Source of the DNA: Malacoraja senta
Lineage: Eukaryota
NCBI GenBank assembly: GCA_038087875.1
Contig: CM075997.1
Span: 7,814,001 to 7,878,000, forward strand
DNA length: 64,000 nt
Direction of reading: 5' to 3'
The position numbers and the translations under genes were made by a program. The notes under the pieces are model-generated. The model was not told where the DNA came from, made no database searches, and saw nothing but the letters and a program-made list of their open reading frames with translations. Shown here piece by piece: positions 49,365-61,980 of the stretch. Within the stretch, counting starts at the first letter, position 1. Every line of letters starts with the position of its first letter.

Positions 49365-49695
49365 CAAAGTGCTGAAGTAACTCAGCAGGTCAGGTAACAT
49401 CGCTAGAGAACACAGAGACATGATGTTTCAGGTCAGGTCCCTTCTTCAGGCTGATTGTAGTAGAGGTGAGAAAGCTGGAAGAGTGATGGGGTGGGGTGTG
49501 GGGTCAAAGTCTGGCAAGTGATAGGTGGATACAAGTGAGGAGGGAGGGTGATTAGCTGGTGGTTGGTCAAAGACCAGAGGTGAAAAGACATGGTAGACAA
49601 AAATGCTGGAGAAACTCAGCGGGTGCGGCAGCATCTATGGAGCGAATGAAATAGGCAACATTTCGGGCCGAAACCCTTCTTCAGATGAAAAGACA
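49365..49695 (-). mobile_element. Penelope-like pLTR remnants with two hammerhead-like motifs
   Basis: Homologous to 18800-18905; TGAAAAGACA duplicated at 49581-49590 and 49686-49695. Confidence 0.75.
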
Positions 49696-49769
49696 AAGTG
49701 TGTCTCTAAAGGTAGGAGGAGGATGGAGGTTCTGTAACATGAATATAGGGAGTATGGGGAAAAGGCTGA

Positions 49770-50590
49770 AAAGCAGGACCTCCAGGATAGTTATCTCTGG
49801 TTTGCTTCCAGTACCTCATGCCAGTGAGGGTAAGAACAGAAAGATAGGGTAGATGAAAATGTGGCTGAGGATTGGTGCTGGGGGCAGGGATTTAGATTTC
49901 TGGACCATTGGGATGTCTTCTAGGGCAGGGTTGACCCGTACAAAACAGATGGGTTGCACCTTAACTGGAGGGGTACCAACATCCTGGCAGGCTGGTTTGC
50001 TAATGCTACATGGGTGGGTTTAAACTAGATTGGCAGGGATGGTGAGATCACATACAGGACAGAGGCAGGTGAGAGGTTAGAAGTTGGTATGGAGGGTGGT
50101 GGGAAAAGTTTAGACAGAATAGACAGTCTCAAGGCAGGGAGCAAGGAAGGAAGGTTGGTTTAAAACATGTATTTTAATGCAAGGGGCCTGACGGGTAAGT
50201 CAGATAAACTTAGGGCATGGATAGGTAAGTGTGACTGGGACGTTGTAGCCATTACTGAAACTTGGTTAAGGGAGGGGCAGGACTGGCAACTCAATGTTCC
50301 ATGGTACAGGACTTTATAAATATATAAGGGAGAAAAGGGTAAATAGAGAGAGTGAGTCCCCTCAGGAATCAACTCTGTGAAGAGCCACAGGAGATGGGCA
50401 AGGTCAATTGCCAATTACAAATACCAATTAGTATTTCTCCTCTGTAAATACAAGTGAACGGAGGAACTTGAGGCAATTAATGGAAGGGTCTTGTGAGCAG
50501 TCAGTGTTTCGGTCGAAGAGGTGCTGAAGGTATTATCATGTATGAAGATACACAAATCTCCAGGGCCTGATTCAAGGATATTGAGGGAAA
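49770..50590 (+). mobile_element. Degenerate CR1 ORF1/ORF2 fragments
   Basis: DHWD...GLHLN (SGNH); YFNARGL...AITETWL. Confidence 0.8.
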
Positions 50591-50591
50591 C

Positions 50592-50775
50592 TAGAGAAAC
50601 CTGTACGTCTTTGGAGTGTAGGAGGAAACCGAAGATCTCAGAGAAAACCCACGCAAGTTACGGGGAGAACATACAAACTTCGTACAGACAGCATCCATAG
50701 TCGGGATTGAACCCGGGTCTCTGGCGCTGCATTCGCTGTAAGGCAGCAACTCTACTGCTGTGCCATTGTGACCGC
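50592..50775 (-). mobile_element. V-SINE 5' part
   Basis: ccgggttcaatccc B box on the minus strand, V-domain. Confidence 0.72.
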
Positions 50776-50899
50776 TCATATATCAGCCAGGGCACCTGCA
50801 ATTTATTCTCTAGTTTCCTACGGAGTCTTTGGCTATATCTGATCATACACCTTCGTATGCCTTAGGACTTCCAGCATCTCCTAAACCACAATAAGTACT

Positions 50900-52075
50900 G
50901 ATCTCGGCATCGCCATTTACTGTCCCATATTGCTCCATGGTAAAAACAGAGGAGAAATACTCATTGAGGAAAATGCCCATCACCTACGGCCTTTAGTTTC
51001 TATGGGTCCTCATTCTCTCTCTAGTTACCCCCTTTCCATTTATGTATCTCTTTGGATTTTCCTTAATAGTATCTGCCACAGCTATCTCCTGACCTTCTTT
51101 TGCCCTCTTTATTTCCTTCTTAAGTATGCTACTCATTTCCAGAACTTCCTCCAAGGATATACTTGATCCCACCTTCCTATACCTGTCCCATGCCTCCTTG
51201 TATATCTTGACCAGAGCCTCAATTTCTCTCGCCATCCAAGCTTCCTTACTCCCACCTGCTTTGCCTTTCACTCTAACAGGAACATGCATGCCCTGAACCC
51301 TTGTCATAGCACTTTTCAAAGCATCGTTGTTCTGGATGTTCCTTTGCCCACACACAACATACTCCAATCAACTTGAGCAGGTTCCTGTCTAATCCCACCA
51401 ACGTTGGAATTTAATTGAATTGAATATTTTATTGTCACACGTGACAATTCAGTTTAAATTCTTTCCTATTTGCTTACTATTTGCCAAGGTGAGCAAATAG
51501 TCACCATGCTTACAAAGATACAAAGTATCCCACGTTGGGTCCTCCTACGTTCTTCCCCCCTCCTTAGTTCTGTCTCCCCTCCTTCCTCCCCTCTCCACAA
51601 TGCCGGGTCCTCCTTGGTTCTCACATTCCCACCCCCCATGGCGGTTCCTCCTTTGTTCATCCCCCGCCGCCCCCTCTGCCATGGTTGTCCCCCCCTTTCC
51701 GGGCCCCCCGTGTTCCCCGGTGGCGCAATGTCTGACTCTGATGGATGCAGGCTTGGGTTGGGCTTGTCACAATTCAGAATTTTAACTTGTGGGTCCGCCC
51801 TGTCTTTATTCACAACTATTTTGAACTAATAAAGCATGTAATTGAGTCACTGGTCCCAAAATGCTCACCCAAAACAACACTTGAGTCACTTGCCCTTCTC
51901 AATTTGCCAAGAGCAGATTATGCTTTGCCATCTTCATTGTCGGCCATTCTACATATTGCATATGAAAACTTTCCTGAACACATTTGATAAATTCCACCCC
52001 ATTTAATTCCTTGACGCTATGATAGTTCCAATCTCTAATGGGAAAGTTAAAATCCGCTACTATGATGACTGTCAA
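50900..52075 (-). mobile_element. Degenerate CR1 ORF2 (EN region) with an inserted unclassified repeat at ~51410-51730
   Basis: IIVADFNFP, CVQESF..QYVE, IKENPK. Confidence 0.7.
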
Positions 52076-52214
52076 ATCTGTATTTGATTTTGTTTTATTT
52101 GTTTGAACCATTCAGGGTTCTTTCGTCCACCAATATTGATGTAAAATTGCACCACACATAATGTGACCGGGAATTCCAGAAATCAGTGTAAATATCAATC
52201 TTCAAACCTCATAC

Positions 52215-52295
52215 CTTTCTGTTTGTAGTTAAGCTTGCAATTTCACTCAGAATCTTCATGGACCCCATGAGAAAGGGGATGTGGCCTGATAAAAC
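52215..52295 (-). CDS. nckap1l: nckap1l internal exon (81 bp); most 5' exon found in the window
   Basis: tttgcag|VLSGHIPFLMGSMKILSEIASLTTNRK|gtatga. Confidence 0.9.
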
Positions 52296-52371
52296 CTGCA
52301 AAGGACAAGAAACAACATAAACTTAACGCACGGAGCAGAACTGAAAAGGCAGAGAAATCAGTGAGCTGATC

Positions 52372-52840
52372 AGCGTCGGTGCTGAGGCCGCTACTCTTCA
52401 CGTTGTATATTAATGATTTGGACGAGGGGATTGAAGGCTTTGTGGCCAAGTTTGCTGATGATATGAAAATAGGTGGAAGGGCAGGTAGTGTAGAGAAAGT
52501 ACGGACTCTGCTGAAGACCTTGGACAGGTTGGGAGAGTGCGCAGAGAAGTTGCAGATGGAATATAGTGCAGCAAAGTGTGGAGTCATGCATTTTGGTAGT
52601 AGGAAGAAAGGCGTAGACTATTTTCTAAATGGGGAGAAAATCCAGAAATCAGAGGTGCAGAGGGACGTGGGAGTGTTGGTCCAGGATTTCCAAAAAGTTA
52701 ATCTGCAACTTGGATCGACAGTAAAGAAAGCAAACTCAATGCTAGCATTTATTTCAGGAGGGCTTATATACAAAAACAGGGATGTAATGCTGAGGCTCTA
52801 TAAGGTACTGGTAAGGCCGTATTTAGAATATTGTATTTAG
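52372..52840 (+). mobile_element. CR1 RT fragment
   Basis: PLLFTLYINDL...KFADD...VRPYLEYC. Confidence 0.88.
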
Positions 52841-53230
52841 AATATCCAGCATAATGTTGTGATAATTGCGTAAAAGGTCTAAGAAATTTGGTGTGGAATG
52901 ATAATCCATCTCAGTACTCATTTAGGCAAGTCCCAAGCTATAGATACTTTTTCCGCACCGCCAATCCCCCTCGCCCGATCTTCATTGAACCTACCATTTG
53001 ACCAATCTTTTTCTCAGCTGCTGTAACGTTTCCTTCCTATCAAAATCTCTGTGTAGCATCTCTGTCCCTATCTTCAAATTCCCACTTTGAAATAAAATGC
53101 AACTTTCGACTTAAACATTTCACAGCAGGATCGCGAAGTCGATTCCCACGCATTTTCAATCATCGTTCGATTCAGTTTCACACCTGGTTGATGTTGTTTA
53201 CTTTTAAAGATACAGTATATTACAATAAAT

Positions 53231-55400
53231 TATAACCATATAACCATATAACAATTACAGCACGGAAACAGGCCATCTCGGTCCTTCTAGTCCGTGCCGA
53301 ACACTTATTCTCCCCTAGTCCCATCTACCTGCACTCAGACCATAACCCTCCATTCCTTTCCTGTCACTTAATTCTCAAATCATGTCTTCTTTGACTCTTC
53401 CCTACTCTCAATGGAAAAAGCTTATCCACGTCTCTCTGTCTATCCCTCTCATCAATTTAAAGACCTCTATCAAGCCCCCCCTTAACCTTCTGCGCTCCAA
53501 AGAATAAAGACCAAACTTGTTCAACCTTTCTCTGTAACTTAGTTGCTGAAACCCAGGCAACATTCTCGTAAATCTCCTCTGTACTCTCTCTATTTTGTTG
53601 ACATCTTGCCTATAATTTGGCGACCAAAATTGTACACCATACTCCAGAATTGGCCTCACCAATGCCTTGTACAATTTTAACGTTACATCCCAACTTCTAT
53701 ACTCAATGCTCTGATTTATAAAGGCCAGCTCACCAAAAGCTTTCTTTACCACGCTATCTACATGCGATTCCACCTTCAGGGAACTTATGCACAGTTATTC
53801 CTAGATCCCTCTGTTCAACTGCATTCCTCAATTCGCTACAATTTACCAGGTACGTCCTATTTTGATTTGTCCTGCCAAGATGTAGCACCTCACACACATC
53901 ATCATTAAACTCCATCTGCCATCTTTCAGCCCACTCTTCCAAATGGCCTAAATCTCTCTGTAGACTTTGAAAATCTACATCATTATCCACAACATCCACC
54001 TATCTTAGTATCATCTGCATACTTACTAATCCAACTTACCACACCATCATCCAGATAATTGATGTATATGACAAACAACAGTGGACCCAACACAGACCCC
54101 TGAGGCACCGCACTAGTCACCGGCCTCCAACCTGACAAACAGCCATCCACCATTACTCTCTGCCATCTCCCATTCAGCCACTGTTGAATCCATCTTGCTA
54201 CTCCACCATTAATACCAACAATTGAACCTTCTTAACCAACCTTCCATGTGGAACCTTGTCAAAGGCCTTATTGAAGTCCATATAGACAACATCCACCGCT
54301 TTACCCTCATCAATTTCCCAAGTAACCTCGTCAAAACATTCAAGAAGATTAGTCAAACATGATCTTCCAGGCACAAATCCATGTTGACTGTTCCTAATCA
54401 GTCCCTGTTTATCCAGATGCTTATATATATTATCTCTAGGTATCCTTTCATTAATTTGCCCACCACTGTGCTAGGTTTACTCTTGGAACCCTTTTTAAAC
54501 AATGGAACAACATACGCAGTATGCCAATCCTCTGGCACCTTTCCCATTTCTAATGACATTTGAAATATTTCTGTCATAGTCCCTGCTATTTCTACACTAA
54601 CTTCCCTCAATGTCCTAGGGAATATCCTGTCGGGACCTGGAGACTTATCCACTTTTATATTTTTCAAAAGTGCCCGTACTTCCTCTTCTTTGAATCTCAT
54701 AGTTTCCATAGCTACTCTACTTGTTTCCCTTACCTCATATATTTCAATATCCTTCTCATATCTTCTTTTAGCTTTTCTAATTTATGTCTTAAGATTCTTT
54801 TTACATTCTTTATACTCCTCACGCACCTCATATACTCCATGCTACCTATAATTATTGTAGATCTCTCTTTTTCCGAACCAATTGTCCAATTTCCCTTGAA
54901 AACCATGGCTGTTTCCAATTATTCCTACTTCCTTTCAAAGATTCTGTACTCTTAAATTGTCCCCTTTAAATGTCCTCCATTTCTTTTCTACTTCCTTCCC
55001 ATAAAACAAAATGTCCCAATTCACTCCTTTTAAATCCTTTCTCATCTCCTCAAAGTTAGCCTTTCTCCAATCAAAAATCACAATCCTTGGTCCAGTTCTG
55101 ACCCTCTCCATAATTATATTGAAACGAATGGTATTGTGATCACTGGACCCGAAGTGCTCCCCAACACATACCTCCGCCACCTGACCTGTGTCCAGCACTG
55201 CCCCTTCTCCAGTAGGTACCTCTATGTATTGCTGCAAAAAACTATCCTGCACACATTTTACAAACTCCAAACCATCCAGCCCTTTTACAAAATGTGTTTC
55301 CCAGTCTATGTGTGGAAAATTGAAATCTCCCACAATCACTACCTTGTGCTTATACTAATATCTGCTATCTCCTTACATATTTGCCCCTCCAATTCTATTT
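53231..55400 (-). mobile_element. CR1 subfamily B (EN C-terminal part, RT, 3' tail)
   Basis: ORFs 54935-55339, 54398-54709, 53408-53773; (ataaccat)n tail. Confidence 0.93.
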
Positions 55401-55404
55401 CTTC

Positions 55405-55990
55405 CGGGCAGTGAGTATAACACTCGATCGCAGGGCTTGTTTCCACAGAGACCCAGGAACCGTTGGTGTGGGAGGAGCCCAAATCTGTAACGTTCCATTC
55501 GCATTTCACAGTTCAAAACAAGTGGGCTTGAGGAAGCCGCTGATTGGTGGAAGCGGACTAGAGGAAGCAGCTGATTGGGAGTCAGATCCCTGCTCATTTC
55601 TTCCAGCAGTTTGTATTGTATTGTATTGTACTTTGTATTGTTTCCTATTGTACTTTGTATTGTATCCAGGGTAAGGGGGGAGTATGAGGGCCAGGGCAGT
55701 TTACTGTGCTGGATGTCAGGTGTGGGAGGTCATGGAGTCTGATAGCCCTCCAGACGTCCACATCTGCGCCAGGTGCATCGAGATGGAGCTCCTAAAGGAC
55801 CATATTAGGAACCTGGAGTTGCAGCTCGATGACCTCCGTCTGGTCAGGGAGAGTGAGGTCATAGAGAGGAGTTACAGAGAGGTGGTCACTCCAAGACCAC
55901 GGGAGACAGACAAGTGGGTCACAGTTAGGAGGGGCAAGGGGCAGATGCAGGGACTAGAGAGTACCCCAGTGGCTGTACACCTTGGCAATA
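55405..55990 (+). mobile_element. CR1 5'UTR + ORF1 N-terminus (zinc finger/coiled coil) in inverted orientation
   Basis: MRARAVYCAGCQVWE...HICARC...LELQLDDLRLVRESE...WVTVRRG, homologous to the ORF1 at 3089. Confidence 0.85.
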
Positions 55991-56904
55991 AGGGGGGAAG
56001 GGAGGGGGGAGGGGGGAGTGACATCCATCATGTCACAATAATGTAGGTTTTTAATTGCACATTGGTTGAATCACTTGTGAAAGATCCCTCCTTTGTTTAA
56101 AGATTATGACTGGTTAAACGATATTTAACGTGGTTTCAATGCACCTCGAATACAATTTATATTTGCCGGATCCAACCTTTTTAACGCGATTAGTATATTG
56201 ATTATTACGTTGCTTTCAAATTTTCTCAGAAGCCTGAACAAATATTCTGCAAAAGCAAAGAAATGATCTTAGTCAATAACAAGAAATTGCATTTAGATAG
56301 CGTCTCCAACCAGTCAAGCTTTCCACGTCGACAGGTGGGAGAGTTATAAGACAATATTTGATAGGAAGGAAACGTTACAGCAGCCGAGTAAAAGATTGGT
56401 CAAATGGTAGGTTCAATGAAGATTGGGCGAGGGGGATTGGGGGTGGGGGAAAAGTATCTATAGCTTGGGACTTGCCTAAAAGAGTACTGAGATGCATTAT
56501 CATTCCACACCAAATTTCTTAGACAATAATACCTTTTATGCAATTATCACAACATTTTGCTGGATATGGATCAACGGACTATGCTTGTAAATTAGTAAAA
56601 CAAATGTTCTTCTTTTAAGTACTGTTGTTTCTGGGATGGGGTTACTGATTACAAATAACCTACATTCTATATCTTGTCATAATGTGGCTGAAACAATGGC
56701 ATATTTTGTGATATTTATTGAGATAGAAAGATACAACTGAGTCTGGGCTAAATATTACCTTGCAACATTCTGTATGTCTGATAGATATTGTGAAATGGAA
56801 CTCAGAAATTATGGGAGGATTACATAAAACTACAATTCAAAGGTAATGAATATACTGAGTATTCTTATTTCCATCATGAACATACAATAGTGATATAGGA
56901 CACC

Positions 56905-57184
56905 AGGTCCTACTACGGTAAACTCATGAGCTACTACGGTATACTAGAAGTTAAAAAATATCAAATTTTTGCATCCCGTATATATTTTACTCGTGGACAT
57001 TTTACCACATGTTGAAAAATCTTCACGAGTTACCACGTTTCCTGAGTTCCTGCCGTTAGCGCTAAGAGACGTCCCGAGATCCGACGTACCCGCTACGTTC
57101 ATTCCATGTGCTTACCACCTGTTTGATTATTTTTTTAAACTCGGGAGAGCTCTTAGGTGAACTCGCACAGTGGGACAGGGCTTT
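56905..57184. mobile_element. Harbinger-type non-autonomous element, one end
   Basis: Ends in agtgggacaggggctt+TAA, resembling the MITE TIR seen at 17629. Confidence 0.5.
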
Positions 57185-57374
57185 AAGGGTGTCAGAGGTT
57201 ATGGGGGAGAAGGCAGGAGAATGGGGTTAGGAGGGAGAGATAGATCAGCCATGATTAAACGGCGGAGTAGACGATGGGCAGAATGGCCTAATTTTACTCC
57301 TATCATAATGAGTAATGATTTACTCCTATCATAATAAGTAATGATTTTGCTACAGGTCTACTAACAGTCTATTT

Positions 57375-57690
57375 GGTTTGGTTCAGTTTTGGTTTAGACA
57401 TACAGCATGGAAGCAAGTCTTTCGACCCACTGAGTCCATGCTGACCATACTAGTTCTACGTTATCCTACTTCCAGATACACATTAGGGGAAATTTACCGA
57501 GTCTAGTTAATCTACAAACCACCATGTCTTTGGAATGTAGTAGGAGACTGGATCATCCGGAGGGAACCCACATGATCACAGGGAGAACGTGCAAACTCCA
57601 CATAAACAGCACCTGAGTACAGGATCGGAACTGGATCTCTAACGCTGTGAAGAAGCCGCTCTACCAGTTGTGCTACTGTGCTGCCCCAGC
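57375..57690 (-). mobile_element. V-SINE
   Basis: Head at ~57688, V-domain, CR1-like tail. Confidence 0.72.
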
Positions 57691-58509
57691 CAGTGGTAGA
57701 TAGAGGTGTAGGAGTGTAGCCAAATTACAGAGTGGTGTTTTTAGGAATAAAGTTATCTTGGTGGGTTAACTACCCCAATATTAACTGCGATCACTTCAGA
57801 GTGAAAGGTCTAGAGGGGTGGGAACTTTGAAAGAATATCAGGAGAGCTTTATTAACCAGCATGTAGATAGTTCGACAAAGATAGAACATAGAACAGTACA
57901 GCACAGGAACAAATCTAAGTCTCTAGCGCTGTGAGGCAGCAGCTCTACCATCTGCGCTATCTGCGCCACTATCTGCCTTCTGCCAGATGACCGGAGGACA
58001 GTGAATGCTCTTTCTTTATTCAAGAAGGGCAGCAGGGATAAGGCAGGTAATGTGGTGAAGAGTGCTGAGTGACAGGATCCATCTGCATTTGGAAAGGCAG
58101 GGATTGGTCAGTGATAGACAGCAGGAATTTGCTGGGAGATACCGTCTAGCCTGCCTGGCTGATTGTTTCATTTTTCATTTGGGAATGTTGCTGTTTATAC
58201 ATGTGGATGATTTGAATGTGGATGTAGGGAGCAAGATCAATAAGTTCACAGATAACCTGAAGATTAGATAATTGTGCAGGGTAGCCATTGGCTATTGGGC
58301 GATAACCATGTGATGGTAAAATGGGCTGAGAAATGGCTGGAGTTTAATCATGATAAATGTGACGCAATGGGTTGGGAGATTGCAATCTTCACGTGGTCCA
58401 TCCTGTTTTGACTCATGCAATCAACCCAACATTCTTAAACAAATAGATCAAATGGAACAGGTTGACCTACAACTCTAGGGTGTGCACGCCATCCGGAAGA
58501 AAAAGAGGC

Positions 58510-59440
58510 AATGCAGATGACACAAATCTGGGTGGCAGTGTGAGCTGCGAGGAGGATGCTATGAGGCTGCAGGGTGACTTGAATAGGTTGGGAGAGTGGG
58601 CAGATGCATGGCAGATGCAGTATAGTGTGGTTAAATGTGAGGTTATCCATTTTGGTGGAAATAACAGGAAGGCAGATAATGATCTGAATGGTGTCAGATT
58701 AGGTAACGGGGAGATGCTACGAGAACTGGGTGTGCTTGTACATCGGTCACTGAAAGTAAGCATGCAGGTACAGCAGGCAGTGAAAAAAGCTAATGACATG
58801 TTGGCCATTGCGAGAGAATTTGAGTTTAGGAGTAAGGAGGTCCTACTGCAGTTGTGCAAGGCCCTGGTGAGACGACACCTGGAGTATTGTGTGCAGTTTT
58901 GGTCTCCTAATTTGAGGAAGGGCATTATTGCTATTGAAGAAGTGCAGCATTGGTTCAGCAGGTTAATTCCTGGGATGGCGGGACTGACATGCGATGAAAG
59001 AATGGGCCGACTGTGCTTGTATTTACTTGAATTTGGAAGAATGAGAGGGGATCTTATAGAAACATTAAAATTCTTAAAGGATTGGACAGGTTAGATAGAG
59101 GAAAATGTTCCCCATGTAGGGGGAGTTTAGAACCAGCGGTCACAGTTTAAGAATAAAGGGTAGGCCATTTATGACTGAGATTATGAAAAACTTTTTCACC
59201 CAGAGAGTTGTGAATTTGTGGAAATCTCTGCCGCTGAAGGCAGTGGAGGCCAATTCACTGGATGTTTTCAGGAGAGAGTTCGATTGAGCTCTTGGGGCTA
59301 AATGAATCAAGGGATATGGGGAAAAAGCAGGAACGGGGTACTGATTTTAGATGTTCAGCCATGATCATATTGAATGGTGGTGCTGGCTTGAAGGGCCAAA
59401 TGGCCTACTCCTGCACCTATTTTTCTATGTTCTATGTTTC
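58510..59440 (+). mobile_element. CR1 3' portion
   Basis: ADDTNLGG...LEYCVQFW; (ttctatgt)n tail. Confidence 0.9.
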
Positions 59441-59942
59441 TAAGCAATGCACATAGGGAATACCGATGAGGCTCGGATAAGTACCATGGAAGACAAGGTC
59501 CAAGGAAGTGTTGAAGAATAGAGAGACGTTGGTGATGCAGAGATCCTTGTAGGTGACAGCACACGAGATAACTTAGTTCAGAAGGCTTATGGGACACTTG
59601 CTTTCGTTATTCGGGGCCTTGAATACAGGAGATGCACCAACGTTATAACACATGGGTCAGACCTCAGCTCAAGTATTATGTACAGTTCTGGTCAGCACAC
59701 CATTGGAAGGATGTGACAGCACTGGAGAGGGTGCAGAGGAGATTTATTGGGTTGTTGACTGGGACGGAGTGTTCCTGTTACAAGGAGAGACTAGAGAAGC
59801 TGCGGCTTTTTTACCCTGGAGTATAGGAGGATGAGGGGTCTGTTTAGAGGTTTATAAAATCACAAGGGACATGATGAGGTAGATAGCCAGTCTTTTCCCC
59901 AGGGTAGGGGAGTTTAAAACTGGAGGGCATAGATTTAAGGTG

Positions 59943-60690
59943 AAACATAGAAAATAGGTGCAGCAGGAGGCCATTCGGCCCTTCGAGCCAGCATCGCCAT
60001 TCATTGTGATCATGGCTGATCGTACTCTATCAATAACCCGTGCCTGCCTTCTCCCCATATCCCTTGACTCCACTAGCCCCTAGAGCTCTATCTAACTCTC
60101 TCTTAAATCCATCCAGTGATTTGGCCTCCACTGTGGCAGGGAATTCCATAAATTCACAACTCTCTGGGAGAAAATGTTTTTTCTCACCTCAGTCTTAAAT
60201 GACCTCCCCTTTATTCTAAGACTGTGGCCCCTGGTTCTGGACTCGCCCAACATTGGGAAAATGTTTCCTGCAACTAGCTTGTCCTGTCCTTTTATAATTT
60301 TATATGTTTCTATAAGAAACCCCCTCATCCTTCTAAACACCAGTGAATACAAGCCTAGTCTTTTCAATCTTTCCTCATATGACAGTCCCGCCATCGCAGG
60401 GATCAATCTCATGAACCTACGCTGCACTGCCTCAATCACAAGGATGTCCTTCCTCAAATTAGGAGACCAAAACCGTACACAATACTCCAGATGTGGTCTC
60501 ACCAGAGCCCTGTACAACTGCAGAAGAACCTCTCTACTCCTATACTGAAATCCTCTTGTTATTAAGGCCAACATTCCATTAGCTTTCTTCACTGACTGCT
60601 GTACCTGAACGGCAACTTTCAGTGACCGGTGTACAAGGACACCCAGGTCTCGCTTAACCTCCCCCTTACCTAACTTAACCCCGTTGAGAC
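59943..60690 (-). mobile_element. CR1 3' portion nested in an older plus-strand CR1
   Basis: ORF 60092-60592; acatagaa tail. Confidence 0.9.
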
Positions 60691-60734
60691 AATTGGTGAG
60701 GGGGGGAGAATTTCATAGGTGAAAGCTTTTCACT

Positions 60735-61652
60735 CATAGAGTCACAGAATGATACAGTCTGGAAACAGGCCCTTCATCCCAATTTGCCCAAACCGGCCAA
60801 AATGTCCAAGCTACACTTGTGCCACCTGCCTGGGTTTGGTCCATATCCCTCCAAATCTGTCCAGTCCATGTATCTGTCTATCTGTTTCTTAAACTTTGGG
60901 ATAGTCCCAGCCTCAACTACCTCCTCTGGCTGCTTGTTCCATACACCCACCATGCAATGTGTGAAAAAGTTACCCCTCAGATTCCTATTAAATATTTCCC
61001 CCTTCACCTTCACCTTGTCCTCTCGTCCTCGATTCACCTTCACTGGGCAAGAGACTCTGTGCATCTACCAGATCTATTCCTTTCATGATTGTATACACCT
61101 CTTATGAGATCACCCATTATCCTCCTGCTCTCCAAGGAATAGAGTCCCAGCATTCCCAATCTCTCCCTATAGCTCAGACCCTATAGTCCTGGCAACATCC
61201 TCGTAAATCTTCTCTGTATAATTTTTGCCTTGACAACATCTTTCCTATAACATGGTGCCTAGAACTGAACACAATACTCTAAATGCGGCCTCACGAACAT
61301 TGTATACAACTGCAATATGACCTCCCAACTTCTATCTGCAATACTCTGACAGATGAAGGCCAAAGTGCCAAAATCATTTTTGACCATCCTATCTACCTGC
61401 AACTCCACTTTTAAGGAACCATGCACCTGCACTCCAGGATCCCACTGCAGTACAACACTGCACAGAGCCCTACCATTCACTGTGTCGGTACTGTCCATGT
61501 TAGACTTCCCAAAATGCAACACTCAAATTTCTCTGTATTAAATTCCATCCACCATCCTCGGCCCACCTGGCCAATTGATCAAGATCCTCCTGCAATTTTT
61601 CACAACCTTCTTCACTATCTGCAAAACCACCTAATTTTATACTATCGGCAAA
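60735..61652 (-). mobile_element. CR1 3' portion (TCATAGAG-tail subfamily)
   Basis: KFADSIKLGG...[11 protein letters not shown]...WNKQPEEVVEAG. Confidence 0.85.
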
Positions 61653-61980
61653 CTTGGGGAAATCATGCTTGACCATTTTTTTGGAATTTTTTAAAGATGT
61701 GACTAGGAAAATGGACAAGGGAGAGCCAGTGGATGTAGTGTACCTGGACTTTCAGAAAGCATTTGATAAGGTCCCACATAGGAGATTAGAGGGCAAAATT
61801 AGGGCACATGGTATTGGGGGTAGAGTGCTGACATGGATAGAGAAGTGGTTGGCAGACAGGAAACAAAGAGTAGGGATTAATGGGTCCCTTTCAGAACGGC
61901 AGGCAGTGATTAGTGAGGTACCGCAAGGCTCGGTGCTGGGACCGCAGCAATTTACAATATACATCAATGATTTGGATGAG

